Notes under the pieces: generated by a model | What the model was told of the DNA's origin: nothing | Seen by the model: only the letters and a program-made list of their open reading frames with translations | Database searches by the model: none | Shown: positions 28,723 through 38,700 of the stretch, piece by piece | Numbering within the stretch: the stretch's first letter is position 1 | Layout of the letters: every line of letters begins with the position of its first letter | Origin: Candidatus Latescibacterota bacterium | Lineage (GTDB): Bacteria > Latescibacterota > UBA2968 | Reading direction: 5' to 3' | Length of the DNA: 64,000 nt | Assembly: GCA_965208125.1 (NCBI GenBank) | Contig: OZ242320.1 | Location: forward strand, 2,720,001 to 2,784,000 | Program-made: the position numbers and the translations under genes

Positions 28723-29928
28723 ATGCCCAAATCTCCTTTTACACAGCGCGTTCTCAATATCCAGGCTTCTGCGACGGTATCGGCTTTTGCCAGGGCAGGA
28801 GAACTGAAACGACAGGGTGTTGATCTCATTTCTCTCGTTGCGGGTGAGCCTGACTTTGAGACTCCTGAGCACATAAGAGATGCTGCGATTCGGGCTATTA
28901 AAGCGGGCCATACGCGATATACGAATCCCGCGTCGGGTATTCCCGAACTCAAAGACGCGATATGCGATAAATTTGAGCGCGACAATAATTTGCATTATGC
29001 TCCCTCACAGATCATCGTGACGTGTGGGGCAAAACAAACCATCTTTGACGCTATTATTGTTTTAATAGAGGAGGGGGACGAAGCCATTATTCCCGCTCCT
29101 TATTGGACGAGTTATGCCGATCAGGTGCGCTTAATGGGTGGCAATCCGATCATTGTGCCGACTACACAAGATTCGGATTTTTGCATGACAGCGCGACAAC
29201 TTCAGGATGCTATTACCCCACGAACAAAATTTGTGCTCTTAAATAGTCCCTGCAATCCTACGGGAAGTGTTTATACCCGTGAGAACCTGAATGCACTGGC
29301 CGATGTGATTGCGGGTGCTAATATTTATGTGATTGCCGATGAAATCTACGAAAAGCTCCTCTACGAAGATGCCGAGCATGTGTCTATCGCCGCTTTGTTG
29401 CCCGAGTTGGCAGATAAAACACTGACTGTCAATGGGGTATCAAAATCCTATGCGATGACCGGATGGCGCGTGGGGTATGGCGCAGGTCCCCAGACTTTGA
29501 TCGATTTGATGATCAAAGTCCAGACTCAGGAGACCACAAATACGTGCTCGATTTCCCAATACGCCGCGCTCGAAGCTCTTACAGGACCTCAAGACTGTGT
29601 CGAAGTGATGCGGCAAGCTTATGTTAAACGACGCGATCAAATCGTTTCTCGCCTCAATCAGATGCCGGGTGTGTCTTGCAATATGCCCCGGGGTGCGTTT
29701 TATGTTTTTCCCGATATCTCTGAATACATTGGCAAGTCGTCATCTTGCGGGCGTATTGACAGCGATGTTGCGTTTTGCAATTTCCTGCTCGAAGAAGCGC
29801 GTGTCGCCTGCGTTCCCGGCACGGGTTTTGGAGCACCGGGATATTTGAGGTTTTCCTATGCTGCGTCACCCGAGCAAATCGCCCGGGGCATGGATCGCAT
29901 TGAAGCGGCGTTGACCGCACTTTTATAA
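28723..29928 (+). CDS. aspartate aminotransferase-like class I PLP enzyme
   Basis: GEPDFETP, GAKQ, NSPCNPTG, DEIYE and SKSYAMTGWRVG motifs. Confidence 0.92.
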   Translation: MPKSPFTQRVLNIQASATVSAFARAGELKRQGVDLISLVAGEPDFETPEHIRDAAIRAIKAGHTRYTNPASGIPELKDAICDKFERDNNLHYAPSQIIVTCGAKQTIFDAIIVLIEEGDEAIIPAPYWTSYADQVRLMGGNPIIVPTTQDSDFCMTARQLQDAITPRTKFVLLNSPCNPTGSVYTRENLNALADVIAGANIYVIADEIYEKLLYEDAEHVSIAALLPELADKTLTVNGVSKSYAMTGWRVGYGAGPQTLIDLMIKVQTQETTNTCSISQYAALEALTGPQDCVEVMRQAYVKRRDQIVSRLNQMPGVSCNMPRGAFYVFPDISEYIGKSSSCGRIDSDVAFCNFLLEEARVACVPGTGFGAPGYLRFSYAASPEQIARGMDRIEAALTALL

Positions 29929-29941
29929 AGGACGATCATTT

Positions 29942-30910
29942 ATGAGCGACCGATCTTATCTCGACTTTGAACAGCCTCTGGCCGACTTAGAGACAAAAAT
30001 CTCCGCGCTTCGAGAACGCGCCAAAGCGGAAGGTCTGGATGTGACTGACGCGATTGACGTTCTCGAAAAACGCCGCGAGAAACTCGAACGCGATATTTTT
30101 CGCAATCTCACGCGATGGCAAAAATATCAGCTATCACGCCACCCTCAACGACCTTATTCGCTGGACTATATCGATCGTATAACTTCTGATTTTATCGAAT
30201 TACACGGCGACCGCTGTAGTGGAAATGATCAGGCGATTGTCGGGGGATTGGCGTATTTTGAAGGCCAACCCATCGTCGTTATCGGACAACAAAAAGGGCG
30301 CAATACAAGCGAGAATCTCAAGCGCAATTTTGGCCTTCCACATCCTGAAGGATATCGCAAAGCTCTGAGGTTGATGCAGTTGGCTGCCAAATTTGGTCGT
30401 CCCGTGCTTTGTATGGTCGATACACCGGGTGCGTTTCCAGGTCTGGCCTCGGAACAGCGAAGTATATCAGAAGCTATTGCTCGCAACCTTTTAGAGATGG
30501 CACGGCTACCCGTTCCTATTGTCGTCGCAATTATCGGTGAAGGCGCGAGCGGAGGGGCACTGGGCATTGGTGTAGGCGACCAAATTCTCATGCTCGAAAA
30601 TGCCTGGTATTCAGTGATCAATCCCGAATCCTGTTCGCTCATTCTCTGGCGCAACCGGGACAAGCGCACAGAAGCTGCAGAAGCTATGAAAATCGCAGCA
30701 GAAGATCTCCTGGATCTCGGTGTTATTGACTGCATTGTGCCAGAGCCTTATGGGGGGGCACATCGCGATTTTGAGCTGGCCGCACAAAATCTGAAGAAAG
30801 CCGTTTCAGACGCACTTGCAGAGATTGTTAAAATACCCGTTGAAAATCTTCCAGAATTACGGGTTGAAAAATTCAATCGAATGGGGATTTGGGAAGAATC
30901 TCATAGATAG
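29942..30910 (+). CDS. accA: acetyl-CoA carboxylase carboxyltransferase alpha subunit
   Basis: LDFEQP, RHPQRP, ELHGDR, PEGYRKALR, DTPGAFPG and GEGASGGAL motifs. Confidence 0.97.
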   Translation: MSDRSYLDFEQPLADLETKISALRERAKAEGLDVTDAIDVLEKRREKLERDIFRNLTRWQKYQLSRHPQRPYSLDYIDRITSDFIELHGDRCSGNDQAIVGGLAYFEGQPIVVIGQQKGRNTSENLKRNFGLPHPEGYRKALRLMQLAAKFGRPVLCMVDTPGAFPGLASEQRSISEAIARNLLEMARLPVPIVVAIIGEGASGGALGIGVGDQILMLENAWYSVINPESCSLILWRNRDKRTEAAEAMKIAAEDLLDLGVIDCIVPEPYGGAHRDFELAAQNLKKAVSDALAEIVKIPVENLPELRVEKFNRMGIWEESHR

Positions 30911-31113
30911 TGAGGCACACCTCCAGTCTGCATATTCTCGTCAGAAAACGCATTCGTTTTTCAAGAGCTATTTTTCCGTTACAATGTCGTACCTTCAGCC
31001 TGCATATCCGCTCTGAGAGCCTCTGAAACTTTTTTTCTTTAGCGATGTTCTTAAGTTTCAAGACCTTATTTCAATCGCGGAAAAAAAACCGACAATAAAG
31101 GTCAATTTAGTAG

Positions 31114-31142
31114 TTGACGCGCGGACTTTCACTGTATATATT
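31114..31142 (+). promoter_or_regulatory. sigma70 promoter upstream of the ncRNA
   Basis: TTGACG-N17-TATATT with no credible CDS downstream before the terminator. Confidence 0.7.
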
Positions 31143-31212
31143 CTATTTGTGATTCAAATGAGTTTTTTGTTGTATCTTTATATTTTTAATATGGTTATGG
31201 GTATTTTTATTT

Positions 31213-31409
31213 AGGTGGGTGGAGGTTGCTCTAATCTTTAAGCCCTGAATTGGTCCAGGAGGAATTTGGGTTGGACTTTAACGGTTAAACTATGGTATTA
31301 CCGGGGGAGATAATACTATGGTACTGGCCGACAATATGAAGAAACCACATCCCTATTTCGGTGCACTCCAATTAGTGGAGGCTGATGGAAAAGATACCTT
31401 CATCCACCT
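31213..31409 (+). ncRNA. ~197-nt rod-shaped structured RNA, candidate 6S RNA
   Basis: 14-bp closing stem 31213-26/31396-409 (2 G-U); nested AGCC/GGCT, AATTGG/CCAATT and CGGTTA/TGGCCG helices; 12-bp apical stem 31289-300/31311-22; flanked by promoter and terminator. Confidence 0.7.
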
Positions 31410-31413
31410 GAAC

Positions 31414-31444
31414 AAAAAAGCGGTCCTATATGGATCGCTTTTTT
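31414..31444. terminator. bidirectional intrinsic terminator (ncRNA / comEC)
   Basis: AAAAAAGCGGTCC-tatat-GGATCGCTTTTTT. Confidence 0.88.
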
Positions 31445-33816
31445 CATTTTTTTTCATTTTTGAGCCACGGCACGATATCGATGTGTCCGCGATCTATTCT
31501 CACTGCGATTGCACCCGAATGATCGGTTCGCCAAATTTGTATTCCCATATCGCGAAAGCGCTGTAAAACTTCTGGCGAAGGATGCCGGAACTTATTGTTT
31601 ATTCCACACGATATGGCCACAACGCTGGGCGTGACACCCGCGAGGAACTCGGGTGTTGAGGATGTGCGCGAGCCGTGGTGCGCGGCTTTGAGGATGTCTG
31701 ACTGCAGGCGATGACCCCAGCGCATCAGATCGCTATCTGTCTCGTGTTCTATATCTCCAGTCAATAATATCGCTGTTTCCCGATAGACAATTCGAATGAC
31801 GACAGAACCATTGTTCACGCCATCGGGCGCCGGTCCCGAGTCGGAGACATAAGCCGATGTCGGATGTAGTACCAGACCGCCAATACCCACCAGACTATCT
31901 CCCGCAGCCACAGTATGATATCTGATGCCTTTTGCCTTTACGACCTCTTGAAGTCGTTTGCCGGTAAAAGAATCAACGTGTTGTCCCGCATCGAGATAAT
32001 GACCTACCGATATTTGTTCCAAAACGGAGATCAGGCCGCCAATATGATCGGCATGTGGATGAGACCCAACTACGACATCTATATGATCAATACTCTGACT
32101 TTTGAGAAATGGCAGAATCACGCGCTCTCCCATGTCGGTGTATTGCGTGCGAACACCACCATCGACCAGAAGTGTTTGCCCATTCGGATATTTAAAAAAA
32201 ATTGCATCGCCCTGGCCGACATCGAGGAAATAGATTTCAAGGGCTGACTCTGTTTGCCAGATATTTTGCCAAATTCCGATATTTGTCAGAACAAGGGCGA
32301 TTATGAGACAATAAGTACCCCAAAGCCGTCTGGCGGTGGGGTGAATCAGAGGAATCAGGACCAGGTAAATAGCAAAGATAATCCAGGAGGGACGCGCAAC
32401 TTCAAAGGCGGACCACTCTGGCTCGGCCATAAATTCTGTACATTTGATTGCCGTGCTCAGAATGAGCCAATTCGCGGCGTTTAATATCGTCGCCAGAGGT
32501 TCCCAACAGGCGAAGGCCAATACAGTCAGGAGTCCCAGCCCAACGCCAACGCCTATGAGAGGTACGACAATTAAATTTGCAATTAAGCCAATGACCGATA
32601 CCAGCCCAAAATATGCCACAATAAAGGGTAGGGTCGTTGCCTGAGCAGCGAGAGAAACCGCCAGCGGTCCTGCGATAAAGGTATCGTACCATCCCTTTTT
32701 TTGGGGTAACAGATCGCGCAAGGGCCGATAAAAAATCAAAATGCCGCCCGTGGCTACAAATGACAGTTGAAAACCCACGTCGAATAAATCCTGAGGTCGA
32801 GCGATTAACAGTCCCAAACCCGCTATGCCCAGGATGTTTCTTCCATCTATATCGCGTTGTCCCACTATGCCCAAAAGTGCCACACAGCCCATTGTCGAAG
32901 CGCGCACAACCGAGGGGGGTAATCCGGTTATCAGCGCGTAAAATACCAGCGCGCAGATCGTCAATGCGGCAGTGATACCTCGCCCGATTCCCAGTATCTT
33001 TAGCGAGAAAAATACAGCTCCAGCAATCAATCCTACGTGAAGTCCAGATACCGCTAAGACGTGATTGACGCCGGTTTGCGTAAATGCGGTTTTGACTTCT
33101 TCAGGCACAGCGTGCTTTGCGCCCAAAAGCACTCCTTTTAAGAGGCCAGCAGGTCCTCCGGAAAGATTCTGATCAATTGCCTGGCGAATGAGATTTCTGA
33201 CGGGTAATACGATCTGCGCCCACCAGTCGTCTTTTTCCCGTCGCTGTTCAATAATCTGAGCGCGCTTATGCACTGTGCCCAGAGCATCAATGCCTCTTCG
33301 CTTCAGGAATTCCCGGTAATCAAATGCGCCCGGATTTCGCGGAAAACCCGGTTGATAGAGCTGCATCTGCAATTGCATTCGATCCCCGTAGGTGGGCAAT
33401 GCTGTACCCGCCTTAAATCTTATCAGCGCCCTGCCGCTTACAGCGCGTGCCGTGTCTTTGAAGACGATTTGAAACACGTCAAAGACGGTGCGATAATCGC
33501 CATCGATGCGTTCGGGGTCTGATGAGACCAATCCTTCGACTTCGACAAGTGTGCGATCTGTGGGTAAAAACTGGACAAAGTGATCTGCAGCGCGTTCCAA
33601 GCTCTGCGCGCTTCTCAATGCACCCAGCAAAATGAGAAGGCCCGCAAAAAGGATGCTCATTTTTCCCTTATTCCATTGCCACCACAGCCCTACACCACAA
33701 ATACAAATAAGGGTAAAGGCGCAGAGTATGGTGGGTACTGGAAACACCCCAATATACCTGTGTAAACCGATGCCCAAAGCAAAGTACAGCGCAGTCCACA
33801 ATGCGGGTCGTCTCAT
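31444..33816 (-). CDS. comEC: DNA internalization competence protein ComEC/Rec2
   Basis: RNPGAFDY, HVLAVSGLHVG, FQLSF, FLDVGQGDA, SHPHADHIGG and HHGS motifs. Confidence 0.96.
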   Translation of the reverse strand: MRRPALWTALYFALGIGLHRYIGVFPVPTILCAFTLICICGVGLWWQWNKGKMSILFAGLLILLGALRSAQSLERAADHFVQFLPTDRTLVEVEGLVSSDPERIDGDYRTVFDVFQIVFKDTARAVSGRALIRFKAGTALPTYGDRMQLQMQLYQPGFPRNPGAFDYREFLKRRGIDALGTVHKRAQIIEQRREKDDWWAQIVLPVRNLIRQAIDQNLSGGPAGLLKGVLLGAKHAVPEEVKTAFTQTGVNHVLAVSGLHVGLIAGAVFFSLKILGIGRGITAALTICALVFYALITGLPPSVVRASTMGCVALLGIVGQRDIDGRNILGIAGLGLLIARPQDLFDVGFQLSFVATGGILIFYRPLRDLLPQKKGWYDTFIAGPLAVSLAAQATTLPFIVAYFGLVSVIGLIANLIVVPLIGVGVGLGLLTVLAFACWEPLATILNAANWLILSTAIKCTEFMAEPEWSAFEVARPSWIIFAIYLVLIPLIHPTARRLWGTYCLIIALVLTNIGIWQNIWQTESALEIYFLDVGQGDAIFFKYPNGQTLLVDGGVRTQYTDMGERVILPFLKSQSIDHIDVVVGSHPHADHIGGLISVLEQISVGHYLDAGQHVDSFTGKRLQEVVKAKGIRYHTVAAGDSLVGIGGLVLHPTSAYVSDSGPAPDGVNNGSVVIRIVYRETAILLTGDIEHETDSDLMRWGHRLQSDILKAAHHGSRTSSTPEFLAGVTPSVVAISCGINNKFRHPSPEVLQRFRDMGIQIWRTDHSGAIAVRIDRGHIDIVPWLKNEKK

Positions 33817-33939
33817 GTTTTTTCCTTTTTCGATCCCGTATTATGGCAATTTTCGTGCCATCTCTCATGGCGTGCTCATTTCCGCTATTTGAGGAAAAAA
33901 CTGTTCACATGACGAAAAAAAATGTTCCCCTTTTCGTCA

Positions 33940-33968
33940 TTGACTTTCCCCATGTGAGATGGTATATT
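33940..33968 (+). promoter_or_regulatory. sigma70 promoter of the truA operon
   Basis: TTGACT-N17-TATATT with an adjacent 10-bp inverted repeat at 33909-33940. Confidence 0.65.
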
Positions 33969-34035
33969 TCCAAAACTGTATGCTTTAGTGGAAGTTAGGA
34001 TTGTTCTCTCTTTGCGTTTGGTGCGGGCCGTTATC

Positions 34036-34776
34036 ATGCAGATTCGCCTGACGCTCGAATACGATGGGACCGACTTTAAAGGCTGGCAAATTCAGCCCGA
34101 CCAACGCACGGTCCAGGGCGAGCTTCAGGCACGCCTTGAGCAGCTCTATGGCGCACCGGTCCCGGTTATGGCGTCTGGTCGCACAGATGCAGGCGTTCAC
34201 GCACTCGGGCAGGTCGTCAATTTTACGCCTGCACGCGATATTCCGCTCGATCGCTTGCAGCACGCGCTCAATGGCATGCTGCCACCCGATGTTGCGGTCA
34301 AAAATGCCGATTATGTCGGCCCTGACTTTCACGCGCGTTTCGATGCCCAACGCCGTCATTATTTTTATTGCATCCGGCATAACAAGCAGCCTATTGGTCG
34401 GCATTATGCGTGGTATATGCGCGGCGAACTCAATCTCAATGTAATAAAACGGGCGAGCCAAATTCTCATTGGCCAACACGACTTTACGTCCTTTTGTGTG
34501 GCGGCCAACGAAAAAGAAAATCGAGTCTGTCAGGTCTATACTTGCGATTGGCAACGACAGGGCGATGAACTCATATTTTATATTTCCGGTAATCGCTTTT
34601 TGCGCGCAATGGTGCGCAGCATCGTTGGCACCCTCGTAGAAATGGGTCGAGGGGCGCGACCAGCCGAATCTATGCGCGATATTCTCGGTGCTCGCAACCG
34701 CCAAAGTGCCGGAGAATCCGCTCCTGCCCAGGGTTTGTTTCTCGAAAGGGTGATTTACGACGATGAACTCCCGTGA
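34036..34776 (+). CDS. truA: tRNA pseudouridine(38-40) synthase
   Basis: LEYDGTDFKGWQ, SGRTDAGVHA, FHARFDA and FLRAMVR motifs. Confidence 0.97.
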   Translation: MQIRLTLEYDGTDFKGWQIQPDQRTVQGELQARLEQLYGAPVPVMASGRTDAGVHALGQVVNFTPARDIPLDRLQHALNGMLPPDVAVKNADYVGPDFHARFDAQRRHYFYCIRHNKQPIGRHYAWYMRGELNLNVIKRASQILIGQHDFTSFCVAANEKENRVCQVYTCDWQRQGDELIFYISGNRFLRAMVRSIVGTLVEMGRGARPAESMRDILGARNRQSAGESAPAQGLFLERVIYDDELP

Positions 34777-35894
34777 GGATGAGTGCCGTGAAGCACCCCC
34801 TACTGATTTTGCTATTGGGCCTGTGCATTGGCCTGGCGCTATTTCCCCTGCTCAATCGGTCTTCGTCCAACACGAGCGCGGTAAGTACAAGTATTGAGAC
34901 TTCGCGCCGAAATGCCATTGTTCGAGCGGTTGAAAATGTGGCGCCAGCAGTCGTTAGCATCAATACGGTTTACGATCGGGATTATCCCCGATATCCCGAT
35001 AGCTTTTTTGAACCCTTTGAACCCTTTTCCAACAGGCAGCGCATTCCCGGAATTGGCTCGGGGTTCGTGATACAGACCGATGGTTATATCCTGACCAGCA
35101 GCCATGTTGTCGATGGTGCGCAGGAAATTTTTATAATCTTTCCCGACGGTCGTCGCTTTGATGTTCTCGATGTTTTTATAGATCGTCAATGGGATCTTGC
35201 CGTTGTGCAGATCGATGCCGATAGTCTCTATGTCCCCGAGATTGGGACATCTGAAAGCGTTATTATTGGCGAATGGGCAATCGCGCTTGGAAATCCTTTT
35301 GGCTTGCACTTTGAAGATCTCAATCCCACCGTTACGGTTGGTGTTATTAGTGCAGTAGATCGCATTGTTCGCCCAGAGCAAAACGAGCGCGCCTACAAAG
35401 GCATGATTCAAACAGACGCTTCAATTAACCCCGGCAACAGCGGTGGTCCTTTGGTGAACAGCCTCGGCCGGGTTATTGGCGTTAATTCGTTTATTTTTTC
35501 ACAGGGTGGATCGCTGGGCATCGGTTTTGCAGTGCCCATTGATCGCGCAATCCAGGTGGCCTGTCAGCTCATTGATCAGGGTAGCCGCGAGTTCTGGACT
35601 GGGCTGGACATTCACAACCTCAACTCGCATATTGCCAGCACCCTTGGGGTTCGGACACTTAAAGGTGCTTTGATCACCGTCGTCGATCCCCTCAGCCCGG
35701 GTGAAAGCGCCGGGTTGCTGCTCGGTGATGTGATTGTGATGGTCAACGACAAAAACACCAGTAGTGCTGATGACGTCTTAGATGCTTTTCGGTACGCGGC
35801 TGTTGGCGATACATTTAATCTCAAAATTTTGCGTGGTCGAGGCCACTTCTTTGATACCCAACTCGTCTTAGAAGCCGACCCGCGCAACGAGTAA
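34773..35894 (+). CDS. HtrA/DegP-family serine protease with one PDZ domain
   Basis: GSGFVI, DLAV and IQTDASINPGNSGGPL motifs; C-terminal PDZ. Confidence 0.93.
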   Translation: MRMSAVKHPLLILLLGLCIGLALFPLLNRSSSNTSAVSTSIETSRRNAIVRAVENVAPAVVSINTVYDRDYPRYPDSFFEPFEPFSNRQRIPGIGSGFVIQTDGYILTSSHVVDGAQEIFIIFPDGRRFDVLDVFIDRQWDLAVVQIDADSLYVPEIGTSESVIIGEWAIALGNPFGLHFEDLNPTVTVGVISAVDRIVRPEQNERAYKGMIQTDASINPGNSGGPLVNSLGRVIGVNSFIFSQGGSLGIGFAVPIDRAIQVACQLIDQGSREFWTGLDIHNLNSHIASTLGVRTLKGALITVVDPLSPGESAGLLLGDVIVMVNDKNTSSADDVLDAFRYAAVGDTFNLKILRGRGHFFDTQLVLEADPRNE

Positions 35895-35909
35895 TCCCCG
35901 ATTGGAGCC

Positions 35910-36656
35910 TTGTCAATGAATGCCAAAGCAGCTCTGCCCAGCCTCTTTACCATTAGCAGTTTGTTTTGTGGTTTTTTATCTATGTACTACGCTGTGAATG
36001 GGAATTTTATCGGTGCAGCACTTCTCATCGTTATTGCGGGGTTTCTCGATGCATGCGACGGAAAAATTGCGCGATATTTCCATACGTCCAGCAACTTTGG
36101 CGTCCAATTTGATTCTATTGTCGATGTCTGCTCTTTTGGCGTGGCTCCGGCTTTGCTCATGTTGTACTATCTCAAGCCGTACTATCTCAATGTCTTGCCG
36201 GCCATTCCCTGGTTGCATTTTGTCGTTTGTTTTTTATTTTTGCTTTGCGGTGCGCTGAGGTTGGCGCGTTTCAATACACAATTAAAGGGATTTGACAAAG
36301 AAAATTTTTCTGGACTCCCGATTCCAACGGCAGCGGGTACCCTGGCCGCATATATTCTTTTTACAGAACGTGTGTGGCAGAGCAGCACCCACGCGCCTCA
36401 TTTTGCCATCGCCTTGTGTGTTATGCTCTCATTTCTCATGATCAGTACAATTGAATACAGTGCGTTTTCGAGGTTATCTATAGAAACCAGACGTGGTCGC
36501 ATACGCTTGATTTTTCTACTATGTATTATTGTGCTTATGTTTTTTTATACTTATGAAGTATTCTTTCCCGTGGCACTCGCCATTTCCCTATCTGGCCTGT
36601 TCAGATGGTTGTATTGTACCATCACAGATCGTGAAGTGGCAGATGTACGGGACTAA
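35910..36656 (+). CDS. pssA: CDP-diacylglycerol--serine O-phosphatidyltransferase
   Basis: CDP-alcohol motif DACDGKIAR...FDSIVDVCSFGVAPA; LRLARFN; GLPIP. Confidence 0.9.
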   Translation: MSMNAKAALPSLFTISSLFCGFLSMYYAVNGNFIGAALLIVIAGFLDACDGKIARYFHTSSNFGVQFDSIVDVCSFGVAPALLMLYYLKPYYLNVLPAIPWLHFVVCFLFLLCGALRLARFNTQLKGFDKENFSGLPIPTAAGTLAAYILFTERVWQSSTHAPHFAIALCVMLSFLMISTIEYSAFSRLSIETRRGRIRLIFLLCIIVLMFFYTYEVFFPVALAISLSGLFRWLYCTITDREVADVRD

Positions 36657-36685
36657 AAATTCACCTTTTTTTACAAAGCGTGGTT

Positions 36686-36964
36686 ATGGGTCGAAGAAGT
36701 CTGGGGATTCTCATTGTTGCGATTTTTGTCGGCATTCTTGCCGGCAACGTGGTTGGTCAGGTTCTGGCTGTTATTTTTACCAGTCTTGGCCTGGAAAATA
36801 ATGTAGCACAAAAAGTACTTGTTGAATCTTATGTCTATAAGCTCAATCCCATTGAGATCAACTTGATCATTATGACTTTTACATTGGGTTTTTCGCTCAG
36901 CTTCAATGTGTTGAGCTTTCTCGGTATTGGGATAGCCTGGTACTACGTCAAGTATTCTTATTGA
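36686..36964 (+). CDS. DUF4321-like small membrane protein
   Basis: Two hydrophobic segments, INLIIMTFTLGFSLSFN; operonic position. Confidence 0.7.
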   Translation: MGRRSLGILIVAIFVGILAGNVVGQVLAVIFTSLGLENNVAQKVLVESYVYKLNPIEINLIIMTFTLGFSLSFNVLSFLGIGIAWYYVKYSY

Positions 36965-36984
36965 GTTATTTCAGGAGGTGTGAC

Positions 36985-37230
36985 ATGTTCGGCATGGGAC
37001 CGTGGGAAATCGTATTGATTTTGGTTGTTGTCCTGCTGGTGTTTGGTGCAAAACGCATTCCCGAAATTGCCCAATCTCTCGGCAAGGGCATTACCGAATT
37101 TAAGCGCGGTGTAAAGGACGTTCAGACGGAAATAGAAAATAACGTCAATACTGCTCCGCCTCCCGAACCACAACCCACACAGACCACACAGACCACACAG
37201 ACCACATCGGGTACAGAAACAAAATCGTAA
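36985..37230 (+). CDS. tatA: twin-arginine translocase TatA/E subunit
   Basis: AGGAGG SD; MFGMGPWEIVLILVVVLLVFGAKRIPEIAQSLGKGITEFK. Confidence 0.95.
   Translation: MFGMGPWEIVLILVVVLLVFGAKRIPEIAQSLGKGITEFKRGVKDVQTEIENNVNTAPPPEPQPTQTTQTTQTTSGTETKS
37175..37206 (+). repeat. 9-nt tandem repeat (CCACACAGA x3.5) in the tatA tail
   Basis: Encodes TQT-TQT-TQT-T. Confidence 0.9.
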
Positions 37231-37242
37231 TCTGGAGGCAGG

Positions 37243-38700
37243 GTGGCTGACGATTCTGTTTTTTCCGCCCAAACAGCGCGGGGGCTTGTACACAGTATTC
37301 GCAGGGGAACGCACACAGCCCGCGAAATAACGGAAGAGATCCTCGCGCACATCCACAATACAAATCCCGATATCAATGCCTTCATCACCATTGATGAAGA
37401 AGGTGCACTCAAAGCCGCAGATGCTGTCGATCAAAAGGCCTCGGAGGGTCAGGTCCTCGGCCCTCTCGCAGGCGTCCCGATTGCCCTGAAAGATGTGTTG
37501 TGTACCAAAGGTCTGCGCACGACCTGCGCTTCAAGAATTCTCGACAATTTTATCCCACCTTATGATGCAACCGTTGTTTCCCGTCTGCGTCAGGCCGATG
37601 CAATCATCCTGGGCAAACTCAATATGGATGAGTTTGCCATGGGCTCTTCCAGCGAAAATTCCCATTTTGATGCGGTCAAAAATCCACGCGATCAGACCCG
37701 CGTAACAGGCGGATCCAGCGGTGGCTCTGCTGCTGCCATTGCTGCTGGTCAGGCTCTTATGACTCTGGGGTCTGACACTGGGGGATCTATTCGTTTGCCC
37801 GCTTCTTTCTGCGGTGTGGTGGGGCTTAAACCCACTTATGGTCGCGTTTCTCGTTATGGCTTGATCGCTTATGCTTCTTCGCTCGACCAGATTGGTCCAT
37901 TTTCGCGTACTGTCGAAGATGCGGCCACTCTGCTCGGCGTCATTGCCGGGCACGATCCCCGCGATTCTACCTCTGCCCATGTACCCGTGCCCGATTACCT
38001 TTTGGCCTGTCAAAGAGGTGTTGATGGCCTTACCATTGGCTTGCCGACAGAATTTTTCGGAGAGGGTCTGCAAGCCGATGTTCGCGATGCCGTTATGCAA
38101 GGGGTTGAAATTTTGCAAAAAAATGGCGCGTCTATTCGCGAAGTTTCGCTGCCTACTGCCGGACATCCCGCTTTTGCTATTGCCGCATATTATATTGTCG
38201 CTACGGCTGAGGCATCGTCAAATCTGTCGCGTTATGATGGGGTGAAATACGGCTTCCGCGATGAGGCAGAAAACCTGATTGATATGTATGTTCAAACGCG
38301 TAGCAAGGGTTTTGGCGCAGAGGTCAAGCGTCGCATTATGCTGGGTACTTATGCGCTGAGTGCAGGGTATTACGATGCGTATTACCGCAAGGCGCAACAG
38401 GTGCGTACGCTTATTCGTCGGGATTTTGAGCGCGCGTTTGAATCCTGCGATCTCCTCGCGTCGCCCGTATCGCCTACTCCGGCATTTAAGCTGGGTGAAA
38501 AACTCGACGATCCGCTTCAGATGTATCTTTCCGATATTTATACTGTTTCCGTGAATCTCGCGGGTATTCCCGGTATTTCGGTGCCTTGTGGCATATCGAC
38601 CGAAGGCTTGCCCGTAGGCTTGCAGTTGCTCGGCAATACTTTTGCCGAAGAAACCATTTTGAGCGCGTCTGCGGTTGTTGAAAGAGAATTGGCGTCATGA
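37243..38700 (+). CDS. gatA: Asp/Glu-tRNA amidotransferase subunit A
   Basis: [27 protein letters not shown] and [22 protein letters not shown] motifs. Confidence 0.97.
   Translation: MADDSVFSAQTARGLVHSIRRGTHTAREITEEILAHIHNTNPDINAFITIDEEGALKAADAVDQKASEGQVLGPLAGVPIALKDVLCTKGLRTTCASRILDNFIPPYDATVVSRLRQADAIILGKLNMDEFAMGSSSENSHFDAVKNPRDQTRVTGGSSGGSAAAIAAGQALMTLGSDTGGSIRLPASFCGVVGLKPTYGRVSRYGLIAYASSLDQIGPFSRTVEDAATLLGVIAGHDPRDSTSAHVPVPDYLLACQRGVDGLTIGLPTEFFGEGLQADVRDAVMQGVEILQKNGASIREVSLPTAGHPAFAIAAYYIVATAEASSNLSRYDGVKYGFRDEAENLIDMYVQTRSKGFGAEVKRRIMLGTYALSAGYYDAYYRKAQQVRTLIRRDFERAFESCDLLASPVSPTPAFKLGEKLDDPLQMYLSDIYTVSVNLAGIPGISVPCGISTEGLPVGLQLLGNTFAEETILSASAVVERELAS

Noticed and set aside
30926-31009. 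Repeated AGYCTGCATATYC motif downstream of accA
   Set aside because: Two imperfect 13-mers with no symmetry or other supporting context.
31318-31566. 82-aa + strand ORF in the track
   Set aside because: It crosses a strong terminator, overlaps comEC antisense and starts inside the apical stem of the structured RNA.
37175-37206. 9-nt tandem repeat in tatA as a phase-variation switch
   Set aside because: The unit is in frame and lies in a low-complexity tail, so it cannot shift the frame.
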